Source of the DNA: Bacteroidales bacterium
Lineage (GTDB): Bacteria; Bacteroidota; Bacteroidia; Bacteroidales; VadinHA17
DNA: 64,000 nucleotides
Reading direction: 5' to 3'
Assembly (NCBI GenBank): GCA_034522515.1
Contig: JAXHLF010000029.1
Location: 7,809-71,808 of the forward strand
Below the pieces are notes generated by a model that saw only the letters and a list, made by a program, of their open reading frames with translations, had not been told where the DNA came from and did not search any database. This document shows positions 8,217-18,023 of the stretch, in pieces. A program made the position numbers and the translations under genes. Numbering within the stretch: position 1 is the first letter of the stretch; each line of letters starts with the position of its first letter.

Positions 8217-10647
8217 TCATTCCTCTGTGTAATATGATCCCGCACCGTCACGTGCCCCCTTGCCGTACGAGGTGTGGCCGTAGTACTTGTAACCGTAGTT
8301 GTAGCCGTAGGAGTAGCCCATGGTGTACCCGTAACGGAGTCCGTAACCGTAGTAGCCCGACATGGAGATGTCATTGACGATGATGCCGGGGTTCTTGATC
8401 TCCTTGTTCCGGTAGATCTCATCAATCAGATGGAGGGTGCTGCGGGCACTGTAACGCTGCCTGACAACAAACAGTGTCACATCAGCCCTCTGTGCCAGCA
8501 GGAGGGCATCGGTGACCACCGCCGCCGGGGGGGTGTCAATGATGATATAGTCGAACTCCTTGCGGGCTTTTTCCAGGAATTCGGTCATGGCCTTGCGCTC
8601 AATCAGCTCGGAGGGGTTGGGCGGGATGGGGCCCGATGAGACAAACCAGAGGTTCTCTATCTCGGTCTTCTGTACCACCTGCTCGAACTTGCTGTTGCCG
8701 CTGAGGTAGGTGCTCATCCCCACCGAATGGTCGAGGCTGAGTATCTTGTTTATCCTCGGCTTGCGCAGGTCGAGCCCCACCAGCAGCGTCTTGCGGCCGA
8801 GCATGGAGATGATGGCCGCGAGGTTCATCGCCACGAAGGTCTTGCCCTCGCCGCTGACGGTGGAGGTGACGGCAATCACCGCCGGCTGATCATCAGGGGT
8901 GAAGTACTTCAGCGAGGTGCGTATGCTGCGGAAGCTCTCGGCCAGGGTGCTGCCCGGCTTCTCAACGACGGGTACCTCGGAGTTGTAGGCGCTGTGGCTG
9001 ATGAAACCCAGGATGGGTGTTTTGGTCGCGCGCTCAATATCCTTCTTGTCGATGACCTTGTTGTTCATCAGGTCAATCAGTATTATTGCCAGCGCCGGCA
9101 GCAGCAGCCCGAGGATCAGCGCCATCATGTAGTTCTGCCGCGTCTTGGGCTTGATGCGCGCGGCATTGTAGGGCTCTGCCTTATCAATGATCTTGCTGTC
9201 CGATACCTTCGACGCCATAGCTATGCCCGCCTCCGCCCTTCGCTCAAGCAGGAAGTTGTAAACGGTGTTGTTGAGGTCGAAGTCGCGCTGAATCTGTATC
9301 AGCCGTCTCTCAGTCCCCGGCAGCCTGCCGAGCTGTTTCTCCACATCAGCAATGCGGCTTTCGACGTCGCCGACAGATATCTTCAGCTGGTTGATGCTGT
9401 TGGTGACGTTCTCCAGCAGCGCACTGCGCGCCTGCTCCACATTGCCGGTTATCAGGCTGGCGGCGGGGAGGTCGTCGCGAACCACAAACCCGAGCTGCTT
9501 CTGCTTCAGCTGCAGTTGCGACAGCTCCTCAACGAGACGTATCAGCATCGGGTCGCTGACACCCATCACGCTTGGTGACACTATCAGTCCGCTCTCATTG
9601 CGCGAGACGAGGTACTCCTTCAGGTACTCATAATACTGCATCTGCAGGTTGAGGGTGTTCTTCTCGTTCGCGTACCTCTCAAGGCGTTGCAACACCATGT
9701 TGCCCTCGGTGGTCAGGTCAACAAAACTGTTGTTCAGGCGGAACCGCTCCATATCATCCTCAGCGTTACTGAGTGAGTCGGAGATGAATCCCAGCTGTTC
9801 ATCGATGAACCTGATAGTGTTCTCCGCCGCCTCGTTCTTCCAATCGAGCCCCTGCTGCTTGTAGGTCTCCATGAGGGTGTTGAGGTAGTCAGCCTCCTGC
9901 TCCGGGACCAGTCCTGATATGGTTAGCGTCACCAGCGTGGCCTCCTCCTCTATGGGAGCCACGGAGAGTCGTGAGCGGTAGCTGTTGGCCAGCGCCGCAG
10001 GGGTGGTAATGTAGAAGTAGTATTTGTTCGATCCCCCCTCGGCGTAGGGAGAGGTGTCGCCGAAGCGCGGGGTAATGATGAAGTCGAAGCCAAACTTGTC
10101 AAAGTGCTCCCCAAAGCTGTGCTCCCCTTCGTAGTCATCGGCCTCGATGGTCATCTCGTATCTGTCTGCGGACAGGATTTTTATGTCGACCCTCTTCCCG
10201 GGCTGCGTACCTGACGGTGGCAGTGTCCCACTCCACCACGAAGGGCGAGCTGCGGTACATGCGGCTTTCGGCGATGCCTCTCTTGCCCACGGCAGTGTAC
10301 ACCACCGGGAACTCCTCCAGTTCATACATCACCTTATGGTTCAGGTCGAACGACTTGAGTATGCCGATCTCATTCCTGAGGTTCTGCCGTGCGCGAAAGA
10401 TGTCGCCGCCGGGTATGATCTTGTCCATCTCGGCATAGCCGCCTCCGTACTTCTCATCGTTGATAAGCATGGTACTCTGCACGGTATAGATCTCCTCACC
10501 CCACCTGTTGGCGCCATAGGCAATAGCCAGGGTAATGAGGAGAGCCCCGGCAAACCAGTACCAGTTGCTCAGGAAAAGTGAAAAATACCTCCGGAAGTCG
10601 ATGCCCTCGCTCTCAGGCAGGTAATAGTTCTGATCGTCGTTTTCCAT
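8217..10647 (-). CDS. Wzc/GumC-type polysaccharide co-polymerase + BY tyrosine kinase, copy 2 (one frame break near ~10215)
   Basis: ORFs 10135..10647 (N-terminus with TM) and 8217..10325. P-loop TSTVSGEGKTFVAMNLA, DTPP, and Tyr-rich tail SGYYGYGLRYGYTMGYSYGYNYGYKYYGHTSY. Collinear paralog of copy 1. Confidence 0.85.
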
Positions 10648-10663
10648 CAGGTGAACATATTAA

Positions 10664-11443
10664 TCATTCGAAGTAGTTGATCAGCAACAGGGTGGTGGTG
10701 ATGGTACTGGTGATAGCCACGAGGATGAAGCTGAATGTGGGAAGGTTAACGTTAAAGACCTTCTTCGGGTTAGGCTGTACAATCACCACGTCATTGGGGG
10801 TGATGAAATATGCCGGGGATGAGAGGAGGCTCTTGTCCTGCAGGTCAAGGTGATAAGTCAGGGTCTTGTCTCCCATGGGCCTGATCACCAGTATCTTTTC
10901 CTTTGTGCCGCCCTCGGATATGCCTCCGGCGCGACCAATTGCCTCCAGCACTGTGAGCTGGTCATTGTAGTTCACAAAGGTGCCCGGCATGCGAACTTCA
11001 CCAATAACCGTAAACTTATAGCTTAGAAGCCTCACCTCAACATAGGCATGGCGGAAGAGTGAGTCGACCTTTGCCTGGAAGAGATCGCGGACCTCGTAAA
11101 TTGTCATTCCTGAGACAGGCACCTTGCCAAACAGCGGCACTGTGACGATGCCCCCGGGATCAATACTGTATCCCAGGACATACTGTGACGCCTCGCTCTG
11201 GATATAGGTGGTGCTTACGCCGGAACGGTCGGAGAGCATCTCGGCAAGGCCTCCGTCGGGTGTCTGTGCCTTTACGGAAACGTACAGGATATCGCGGGGC
11301 TGGATCCTATAATCGGGTATATCCATCGGGAAATAATCCTCACCCCCCGTCTCAGGAAGGTTGTTAAGATAGGAGAGCTCCTCCTGTGTTGAGCATGAGG
11401 CTGCGATAATGATGAGTGCAATGAGGGGGAATATTTTTTTCAT
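10664..11443 (-). CDS. Wza-type polysaccharide export outer-membrane lipoprotein
   Basis: 259-aa intact ORF with lipobox ...IIIAASCSTQ. The sequence reads as a Poly_export/SLBB-like protein (YRIQPRDILYVSV...VTVPLFGKVPVSGMTIYEV...VIGEVRMPG...LTVLEAIGRAGG). Confidence 0.85.
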   Translation of the reverse strand: MKKIFPLIALIIIAASCSTQEELSYLNNLPETGGEDYFPMDIPDYRIQPRDILYVSVKAQTPDGGLAEMLSDRSGVSTTYIQSEASQYVLGYSIDPGGIVTVPLFGKVPVSGMTIYEVRDLFQAKVDSLFRHAYVEVRLLSYKFTVIGEVRMPGTFVNYNDQLTVLEAIGRAGGISEGGTKEKILVIRPMGDKTLTYHLDLQDKSLLSSPAYFITPNDVVIVQPNPKKVFNVNLPTFSFILVAITSTITTTLLLINYFE

Positions 11444-11514
11444 GATTATATATTAAATATAATTTTTTTTTCATATTTTTGGCGGAATATGGTTTTAGCC
11501 GGTGGAAAAGTTTA

Positions 11515-12209
11515 CTAAATATCCGAATTTTTATCGAGTTTACGCAGGGCATTGGTTTTTATATCGACGGTAAGGTTCATGCCGGGCTGGATGATGCGTA
11601 TGACCACCTTGTGCTTGCGTCCAACACGTATCAGTTCGCCGCGGAGGCCTGTCAGTGACCCGACGATCACCTCTACCATGTCGCCCTCGGCGTATACATC
11701 GGTGCTGAGCTCCACCTCGGCGTCGCTGCCGCAGAGGATGCGTAGGTTGGTGATCTGCGCCTCGGGTATGGGTACGGGTTTGCCCTGTATCATGATGAAC
11801 TTGACGACGCCGTCAGTCTTGCGCACGGTGAAATACTCCTTCGCGGTGACCTTCACGAAGACGTAAGAGCTGATCAGGGGTTTTTCAATAAGTTTCTTGC
11901 GGTCAGACCACTGGCGGAGGGTCTTCTGGAGGGGGAGGAAGGTCTCTATCTCGAGTTCATTGAGCCTGTCGTTGACTCGCTTCTCCGCCCTGGAGTTGGT
12001 ATAGACGGCGTACCAGGCTCTCTCCGGCTTTTTGGGTGCCGGGGTATCCTCCTTCGCGGGGGTATCTCTACATCACCGGAGTAACCTCACCAACCGGAGT
12101 ATCGCCCTGCACCTGGAGTCCTCCTTTACTCGGGGATGCCCTCCTCCGCCAGGGCATCCTCCTTTACGGGGGTTACCTCCATCATCGGCGGGGTCTGGTT
12201 GTCTTCCAT
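11515..12209 (-). CDS. UpxY-family (NusG-like) transcription antiterminator, with frame breaks in a repetitive N-terminal extension
   Basis: The core 11515-~12036 reads ...KKPERAWYAVYTNSRAEKRVNDRLNELEIETFLPLQKTLRQWSDRKKLIEKPLISSYVFVKV... followed by a KOW-like C-terminus (GDMVEVIVGSLTGLRGELIRV). There is no start codon in that frame. The ATG at 12209 (MEDNQTPPMMEVTPVKED...) begins a TP/KED repeat region in shifted frames. Confidence 0.75.
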
Positions 12210-12289
12210 TTATATCTATTGGTCGCCGGAATCATCGATGATTTGGCAGTAGTTAATAGGCGATAGGCAATCGTGGGAACAGTCGGCAT

Positions 12290-14063
12290 CCGGCAGTCTG
12301 AATCCAGGACGATGCCGCCGCTGAAGGTGGTGGTCTGGCCGTAGAGATGCGCCGGGATCTGCAGTTCATTGTGGCCCTCAACATTACAGAAAGTCAGTGA
12401 GGCATTTACCTGCACTCCGCCGGTGATGAGGTAGCCGGCCTCGAATCCCGTGGCCACATTACTCCACTCAATGGTCTCAAGATAAGGCAAGCCAACCCTA
12501 TTGCCCCCGATGCTCTGGTAATCGGGTCCCCGCTCAGACCACTCGTGCCAGAGGCGGAGAGTCATCGCCCTGACCGGCTTGTAATCGAGTGCCAGGTCCC
12601 AGTTACGGCTGTTGTCCACGGAGCCAGTGGCCCATATTGAACCCCTGGTTCTCGTAGGTGGTCACCGGCACAATATGCTGGAACGTGAGGGGATAGGTGA
12701 AGGTGCACTCTGCAGTGAACCAGAGGTTGGGCAGGAAACTGAAGTTACCGGTGCGGAGCACCTTCCGCGAGGAAGAAATTGTAATCGTCAGTGGTGAACC
12801 TCTTCGTGGACAGCTCATCGATAAAGAGGGTGCCGTAGAGGTGCAGGTGCCTTATGTTGTTCGAGCTGATGTCAATGAACATCTGCGAGTTGCTGTTGTC
12901 GATGCCGGAGTTGAGGCCATGATCCACCGACTTGTAGAAGAATATTGGCATCAGGTAGTAGGGGGCGATAGCGCTGGGATCTGACCATATTATGCTGTTT
13001 GCCTATCGAGGTGTATGCAGTCGTGGGAACAGGCCTGAAGGTGGGCGGTAGGGCTCGTGGCTATGTATTTTGTGTGGTAGACCTCTCGGTACTCGTCGAC
13101 CATATGCATTCGGTGAGTCCAGTATGAGCGGGTGGAGTCGACCACCATCGATGTAAGCCATCCGTAGAGCCATGTCATCTCCGCCCATCGGACCGGTTTG
13201 AGGTGAAGCTTCAGCTGCATGAACGACGGCGCCCTGCCCGAGAGGATGTTCGTTCCGGCATAGCCGCTGCCCCACACCGGGGCGTCTTTCAGGAAGGAGA
13301 CATCGCCCCACCGCCACATGTAGCTTGCGCCCCCGGTCATCTCCGAAAAGTCGGTGCCGCCTTCTTGATGTGTCCTCCGTGCTCTCCGTGGTTAAGGATT
13401 TAAGGGCACTGCCAAGGAGAGGATCCTGATGGTTGTCCTGCAGAGCCGCGAAGAACGCCAGCCTGCCGTAGCTTCCATAGATCTTCGCGCCGTTCTTCCA
13501 ACTTATGGTACTGTTTGCGCGACGCCGTCGAAAGTCACGGAGGCGTCAGTGGTTAGTACCGCCCGTATCCCAGTATCGGCGAGACAGTCAGGCTGAAAAG
13601 GGAGTCGCGGTACTGTGCCGTGGCCGGATTATACAGCAGCTTAAGCTTGCCTTCACCCTCTGCCGGACGTGAGTGGCGAAGCCAGAAGCCGAGCTCCTTC
13701 TGTTGGCGGGTGGTGAGGGTTTTCCTGACGCCAGTTGCCGGACCGGCGCCAGTCTCCGCGGCCTCGTTCCCTCTTCGAGGTAAGTCCTTCACTCCTTGTG
13801 CCGTGCTCCGCCGACTCTTCGCACGCGGATATCCTTGCCCTGCACGCATCTGCCTCCGTCAGTTTTTGCCTGATAATCAGTCCGGCTGTATGGCTTTAAC
13901 AGCACTGTTCAAGGTCAATCATGCCGTCGCCTGCCAGCTCATCGAGAAAGAGGTAAACAGACTTGTCAGTGACAGGTTCGGGGATAGTCTGAGAATGAGA
14001 TGTAATGCCGCAACACAATAAGAGTAGTGTTAATAAAGTTTGTATGTATGTTGAATAGTTCAT
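12290..14063 (-). pseudogene. Capsule-assembly Wzi-like outer-membrane protein, heavily frame-disrupted
   Basis: The ATG at 14063 gives MNYSTYIQTLLTLLLLCCGITSHSQTIPEPVTDKSVYLFLDELAGDGMIDL, followed in a shifted frame by ..KPYSR... Later pieces are 13553..13849, 12990..13340 (WGSGYAGTNILSGRAPSFMQLKL), 12745..12951, 12603..12818 and 12182..12619. The 3' end is approximate. Confidence 0.55.
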
Positions 14064-14078
14064 CTTTTGGACCTTTCA

Positions 14079-14086
14079 CAAAGATA
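14079..14086 (-). promoter_or_regulatory. Bacteroidota -7 promoter box (TATCTTTG on the minus strand)
   Basis: caaagata on the plus strand equals TATCTTTG on the minus strand, matching TAnnTTTG. It lies 16 nt upstream of the Wzi-like ATG (14063), so it may be the capsule-operon promoter. Confidence 0.4.
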
Positions 14087-14133
14087 ACGGTTGAAGGAGA
14101 TTTGCAGTATTCTGTCGATAAACAAAGGGGGAA

Positions 14134-15657
14134 ATGAATAAAAGCCGGTTCCGGGTATACACAATTACTGCTGACATTATCATTCTGACGGTAGCATATG
14201 TCATGATGACGATGCTCAAGCCAGCGGGGGTCAAGCAATATATACCTTCTCATCTTACGTTCTTTCTGGTCCTCGCACTGCTGTGGATCATTGTCTCGGT
14301 CATAAGCGGCAAGATAGGCCGCGGGAAGATCGTCAATCTGCGCACCCTTCTTGTTCACGTGCTCACCGCCAACCTGATTGCGACGAGTTTTTCCGCCCTG
14401 TTGCTTTTCGCCCTGCGCGACCTGGGTTATTCAAGGCAGGTGGTGTTTGGAACGGCTATCACGGCCACTCTGCTGGAGCTGGCTTTCGGGGCTGTCTATA
14501 TGGCCTTCAGGAGGGCGCCGCTGCTGCAGCCTGCCCCTGCAAAGCTGACGGAGCGTGACCTGGTAGCCCGGTCGCAGCGTGCCATTGACAACGATATCAC
14601 TCCCGATCCTCAGCTGACGATTCGGCTCCAGGAGGGATGCTCACGCGAGCGGGCCGAGACACTGTCGTCGATGGTGAGCAGCGGTGAGCAAACACGGCTG
14701 GCGATAGTCTCAACATCCGAAGCCTTTAACATACAGAACCTCGAACAGGACGCATACACCTGCATCATCAACCTGAAGCCCATGAACAACATCAGGGGGC
14801 TGGACCAGTTCCTTGACAGGGTCAATGCACGACTGACGGGTGACGGCATTTTTCTCTGTTCGGTGGAGACGCTCGAGCAGCGTGCGCGCCGTCTGCGGAA
14901 AAAATATTCATCCCTGGTCTATTATTTCATTGCCATACCCGATTTTCTGTTCCTTCGTGTTGCACCCCGCCTGCGCATCACGCAGGGGCCTATCTCGGAT
15001 GATCGATCACCGGAGCGAGCCAACCCGCCCTTCTCGAGAGCGGAGGTGCTCGGGCGGCTCTGTCGCGCCGGCTTCACCATCAGGCAGGAGAAATTTGCAG
15101 GCGACATGCTTTGTATCAAGGCACAGCGCAAGACAGACCCGGTACATGCCAACGGCAACGGGTACGGTCTGATCATTGCCCTCCCGCGGGTAGGGCGCGA
15201 CGGTGAGATATTCAATGTCTACAAGCTGCGCACCATGCATCCCTATTCCGAGTACATCCAGGATTATGTTTATGATCTTTACGACCTGGAGTCAGGCGGC
15301 AAGATGAACCACGATTTCCGTGTTACGTCCTGGGGCCGTTTTGCGCGGCGTGTCTGGCTCGATGAGCTGCCGATGATCGTCAATATCCTCAGGGGAGAGA
15401 TAAAGATTTTTGGCGTCAGGCCGCTGTCAAACCATTACTTCAATCTTTACGAGGATGACATCCGTGACCGGCGCATAAGGTACAAGCCCGGCCTTCTTCC
15501 GCCCTACTATGCTGACATGCCGGCAGGGCTGGAGGCTATACAGCACTCCGAGCTGAGGTATTTCGACTCATGGGATAAGAATCCCCTCGGCACTGATCTG
15601 CGCTATTTTGCCAGGAGTGTTTACAATATTGTTTTCAGGAGCGCCCGCTCGGCGTAA
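14134..15657 (+). CDS. Polyprenyl-phosphate glycosyl-1-phosphate transferase (WbaP-like initiating sugar transferase)
   Basis: 507-aa intact ORF with N-terminal TM segments and a C-terminal bacterial sugar-transferase domain (PRVGRDGEIFNVYKLRTM...RFARRVWLDELPMIVNILRGEIKIFGVRP). Confidence 0.85.
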   Translation: MNKSRFRVYTITADIIILTVAYVMMTMLKPAGVKQYIPSHLTFFLVLALLWIIVSVISGKIGRGKIVNLRTLLVHVLTANLIATSFSALLLFALRDLGYSRQVVFGTAITATLLELAFGAVYMAFRRAPLLQPAPAKLTERDLVARSQRAIDNDITPDPQLTIRLQEGCSRERAETLSSMVSSGEQTRLAIVSTSEAFNIQNLEQDAYTCIINLKPMNNIRGLDQFLDRVNARLTGDGIFLCSVETLEQRARRLRKKYSSLVYYFIAIPDFLFLRVAPRLRITQGPISDDRSPERANPPFSRAEVLGRLCRAGFTIRQEKFAGDMLCIKAQRKTDPVHANGNGYGLIIALPRVGRDGEIFNVYKLRTMHPYSEYIQDYVYDLYDLESGGKMNHDFRVTSWGRFARRVWLDELPMIVNILRGEIKIFGVRPLSNHYFNLYEDDIRDRRIRYKPGLLPPYYADMPAGLEAIQHSELRYFDSWDKNPLGTDLRYFARSVYNIVFRSARSA

Positions 15658-15740
15658 GCCTGCCGAGGTCTTAGGGTCTGATGTCACAAGGATCCGATTG
15701 GCCTATAGTATGAGGTTTGGAAGCTGTGACAGAGATGCGG

Positions 15741-16022
15741 CTATTTTTCTGCCAACTCCCAATAACCATATTTATCACTGCCAATCCTTCTTAATTTACC
15801 CGATTGCTTTAACTTATCAAGATCACGTAATATAGTTCTTCTTGTCACTTTCATACTCTCAGCCATTTTCCCGACTGTAATTGACGGGGTTTGCCTGATT
15901 AGTTTCACTAAAGATTCCATCCGGTCTTCAGTGACATCTTCAGTGACATCTTCAGTGACATCTTCAGTGACATCTTCAGTGACATCGCCTAAGTCACCGT
16001 TATCATATCCACCAAAAAGCAA
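15741..16022 (-). CDS. Orphan winged-helix ORF with (DVTE)5 repeat, probably a C-terminal remnant of a larger HTH/ATPase-type regulator
   Basis: 93-aa ORF with a TTG start. ...SLVKLIRQTPSITVGKMAESMKVTRRTILRDLDKLKQSGKLRRIGSDKYGYWEL resembles the C-terminal wHTH of divergent-AAA/Schlafen-type regulators. AT-richer region. Confidence 0.4.
   Translation of the reverse strand: MLFGGYDNGDLGDVTEDVTEDVTEDVTEDVTEDRMESLVKLIRQTPSITVGKMAESMKVTRRTILRDLDKLKQSGKLRRIGSDKYGYWELAEK
15925..15986. repeat. 12-bp tandem repeat x5 (tcttcagtgaca)
   Basis: Five perfect head-to-tail units encode DVTE x5 on the minus strand. Confidence 0.9.
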
Positions 16023-16087
16023 AAGGCCACAGACTGCAAAAGCTGTGACCTCAATACTTTATGCTTTTGACTTTACGGACCTTCAGC

Positions 16088-16465
16088 CTATTTCTGCTTC
16101 AGCTTGGCCTCCATGCTGAGGGTGGCGTGGGGGACGGCGCGGAGACGCTCCTTGCTGATGAGCTTCCCTGTCTCACGGCAGACACCGTAAGTCTTGTTCT
16201 CTATTCGTACCAGTGCCGCCTGCAGGTGCTGGATGAACTTCAGCTGACGCTGTGCCAGCCTGCCGGCCTCCTCCTTTGACAGTGTTGTGGCTCCCTCTTC
16301 CAGTACCTTGAAGGTGGGGGAGGTGTCCATGGTATCATTGTTATCCTCATGGGTGATGCTTGCCTTGAGAACATCGTAGTCTTTCCTTGCCTTGTCGAGT
16401 TTGGCCATGATTATCTGCCTGAACTCAACCAGGTCCTCGTCCGTGTATCTTGTCTTTTCTGCCAT
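16088..16465 (-). CDS. DksA/TraR-family C4 zinc-finger regulator
   Basis: ORF 16088..16519; the likely start is the ATG at 16465 (MAEKTRYTDEDLVEFRQIIMAKL...). The C-terminus ...IENKTYGVCRETGKLISKERLRAVPHATLSMEAK matches the DksA/TraR-family pattern. Confidence 0.8.
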   Translation of the reverse strand: MAEKTRYTDEDLVEFRQIIMAKLDKARKDYDVLKASITHEDNNDTMDTSPTFKVLEEGATTLSKEEAGRLAQRQLKFIQHLQAALVRIENKTYGVCRETGKLISKERLRAVPHATLSMEAKLKQK

Positions 16466-16490
16466 GGCTACCGGTGTTAGAATTATGCCG

Positions 16491-16498
16491 CAAATGTA
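16491..16498 (-). promoter_or_regulatory. -7 promoter box (TACATTTG on the minus strand)
   Basis: caaatgta on the plus strand; 26 nt upstream of the dksA-like ATG. Confidence 0.4.
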
Positions 16499-16536
16499 AT
16501 ACAAAATATGATATGTCATGCAATATAATTGAGAGG

Positions 16537-16592
16537 CAATAGAGGGGCGAGCGTTAAGTCCCGAAATGGTATGTCGGGACAGCGAAGTGGCC
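16537..16592 (+). repeat. Partial/variant copy D of the hairpin repeat family
   Basis: It has the same 5' module caatagaggggcgagcgttaag but a different hairpin (gtcccga aatggtatg tcgggac, 16558-16580), followed by agcgaagtggcc. Confidence 0.6.
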
Positions 16593-16607
16593 TGGTTGAA
16601 GGTGTGA

Positions 16608-17736
16608 TTAAATGATCTGTTCCATATCCATTTTCAGAAATTCATGCCAGGGGATACCTTTCTCACCGATTAACATCACCCCGGCATGAGGATATTCTCG
16701 CCTGAAAGCCTCCAACCCTGATCTTCCTCGAACAACACCGCTCTTCACCTCCAATGCAAGGATCTCCTCGCCTCTGGCAAGAACGAAATCCACCTCCTTA
16801 TTTCCCATTCTCCAGTAATAAAGTGAATAAAATCCCTTAATCTGTCCGTCCAGCAGGTGTGCGCCTACTGCTGATTCCACGTTCCTTCCCCACCGGTGAG
16901 GTGGCTTTCATTCTAAAACCTCTGTCGGACGAGCTCATAAGGGCTGTGTTGTGCACCATGAATTTAGGACTCGACGCGCGTTGCCTGACAATGCTGCCTG
17001 AGTACTTTTCGATGCCTGAAAGCAATCCGGCTGAGCCGAGGAGCGACAGGTAATGAGACAGGGTAGTGGTGTTCCCGTCCTAACTACCGATACCTTGGTC
17101 TTACAGTTCCATCCCGATACCTACTCCCAGTCATGGGTATAGTTTCACCCTGGTGTAATATGGAAATGCTTGTTTCCACCAGTGAATCGGTAATATACCG
17201 CTTCCATCTCCTTTCATCCTCCACCAGCACCGCCGACCCGGGATATCCGCCAAACCATACATATTGCTCCGGGCTCCATCCAAAAGCCTTCTGCATCTCA
17301 GGCATTGTCCAATGGCCCATATATGTAACCTCAAACCTTCCGGCAAGTGACTCCGTGAGGCCCTTTTGAATCAGGAGCCTTGATGAACCCGAAATAATAA
17401 CCTTCAGTGGGATTTTATTCATGGAATCCTCATCCCAGAGCTTCTTGACGATCTCACTCAGTTCCATTTTCGCACCTCATCTATAGCAGACAAGTCCGCT
17501 GCACCTTCAAGGAGGATACTCAGGCGCGCCGCCTCCCAGTGTTTCTCTATCCATGCCTCCCCGGAAAAACCCGCACCGTCAGCTGAGATGTATTGCGAAG
17601 GAATTCTCAGTCTCTTAAGCAGTTGACTAACCATCGTGGTTTTGCCTACCTGCCGCGGGCCGGCGATTACCTGGATGAAGTTTCTTCCTTCTTTCATCCT
17701 TGACTCAATCTTCTCTATAACAGGCCGTTGGAACAT
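16608..17736 (-). pseudogene. AAA ATPase with C-terminal DUF4143/PD-(D/E)xK-like domain, frame-disrupted
   Basis: Pieces are 17458..17736 (P-loop IAGPRQVGKTT), 17084..17467, 16837..17025 and 16608..16880 (...NKEVDFVLARGEEILALEVKSG..., a nuclease-fold-like motif). Confidence 0.7.
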
Positions 17737-17848
17737 GTTTACGATTTTTACTCATAATATTGAGTAAAATTACTCAATATATCTAGTAAATGCAAATCTT
17801 TATTCGGGGCAGCAAGCAATAATTGTGGAGATCTGAAGGTGATGTTTG

Positions 17849-17920
17849 AGGGTCGGAGGGTCGGAGGGTCGGAGCGTCAGAGGGTCTGAGCGTCAGAGGA
17901 TCGGAGGGTCTGAAGGTTGG
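17849..17920. repeat. Period-8 'word' repeat (gggtcgga / gggtctga / gcgtcaga units)
   Basis: gggtcggagggtcggagggtcggagcgtcagagggtctgagcgtcagaggatcggagggtctgaaggttgg. Confidence 0.8.
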
Positions 17921-17991
17921 AATAATTAACGATGGGTGGTAATTCCTTTTGACCTTAAGACTTTAGCCTTTCAGACCTTTAGACTTTTCCT

Positions 17992-17999
17992 TATCTTTG
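17992..17999 (+). promoter_or_regulatory. -7 promoter box TATCTTTG upstream of ileS
   Basis: Matches TAnnTTTG; 25 nt upstream of the ileS ATG (18024). Confidence 0.45.
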
Positions 18000-18023
18000 C
18001 AGGCTGAAAAATAGCAGGTTAAT

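Noticed and set aside
11455-11475. Homopolymer tracts as phase-variation switches: the T9 run here, A11 at 47781-47791, C10 at 44686-44695 and T10 at 59255-59264
   Set aside because: In a Nanopore-derived sequence with demonstrable indel errors, homopolymer lengths are exactly what cannot be trusted. No claim is possible without accurate reads.
12210-12300. An invertible (phase-variable) promoter upstream of UpxY, as in Bacteroides capsule loci
   Set aside because: The UpxY upstream gap is short, contains only word repeats, and has no flanking inverted repeats or nearby recombinase. The best TAnnTTTG box is further upstream, at 14079-14086 before the Wzi-like gene.
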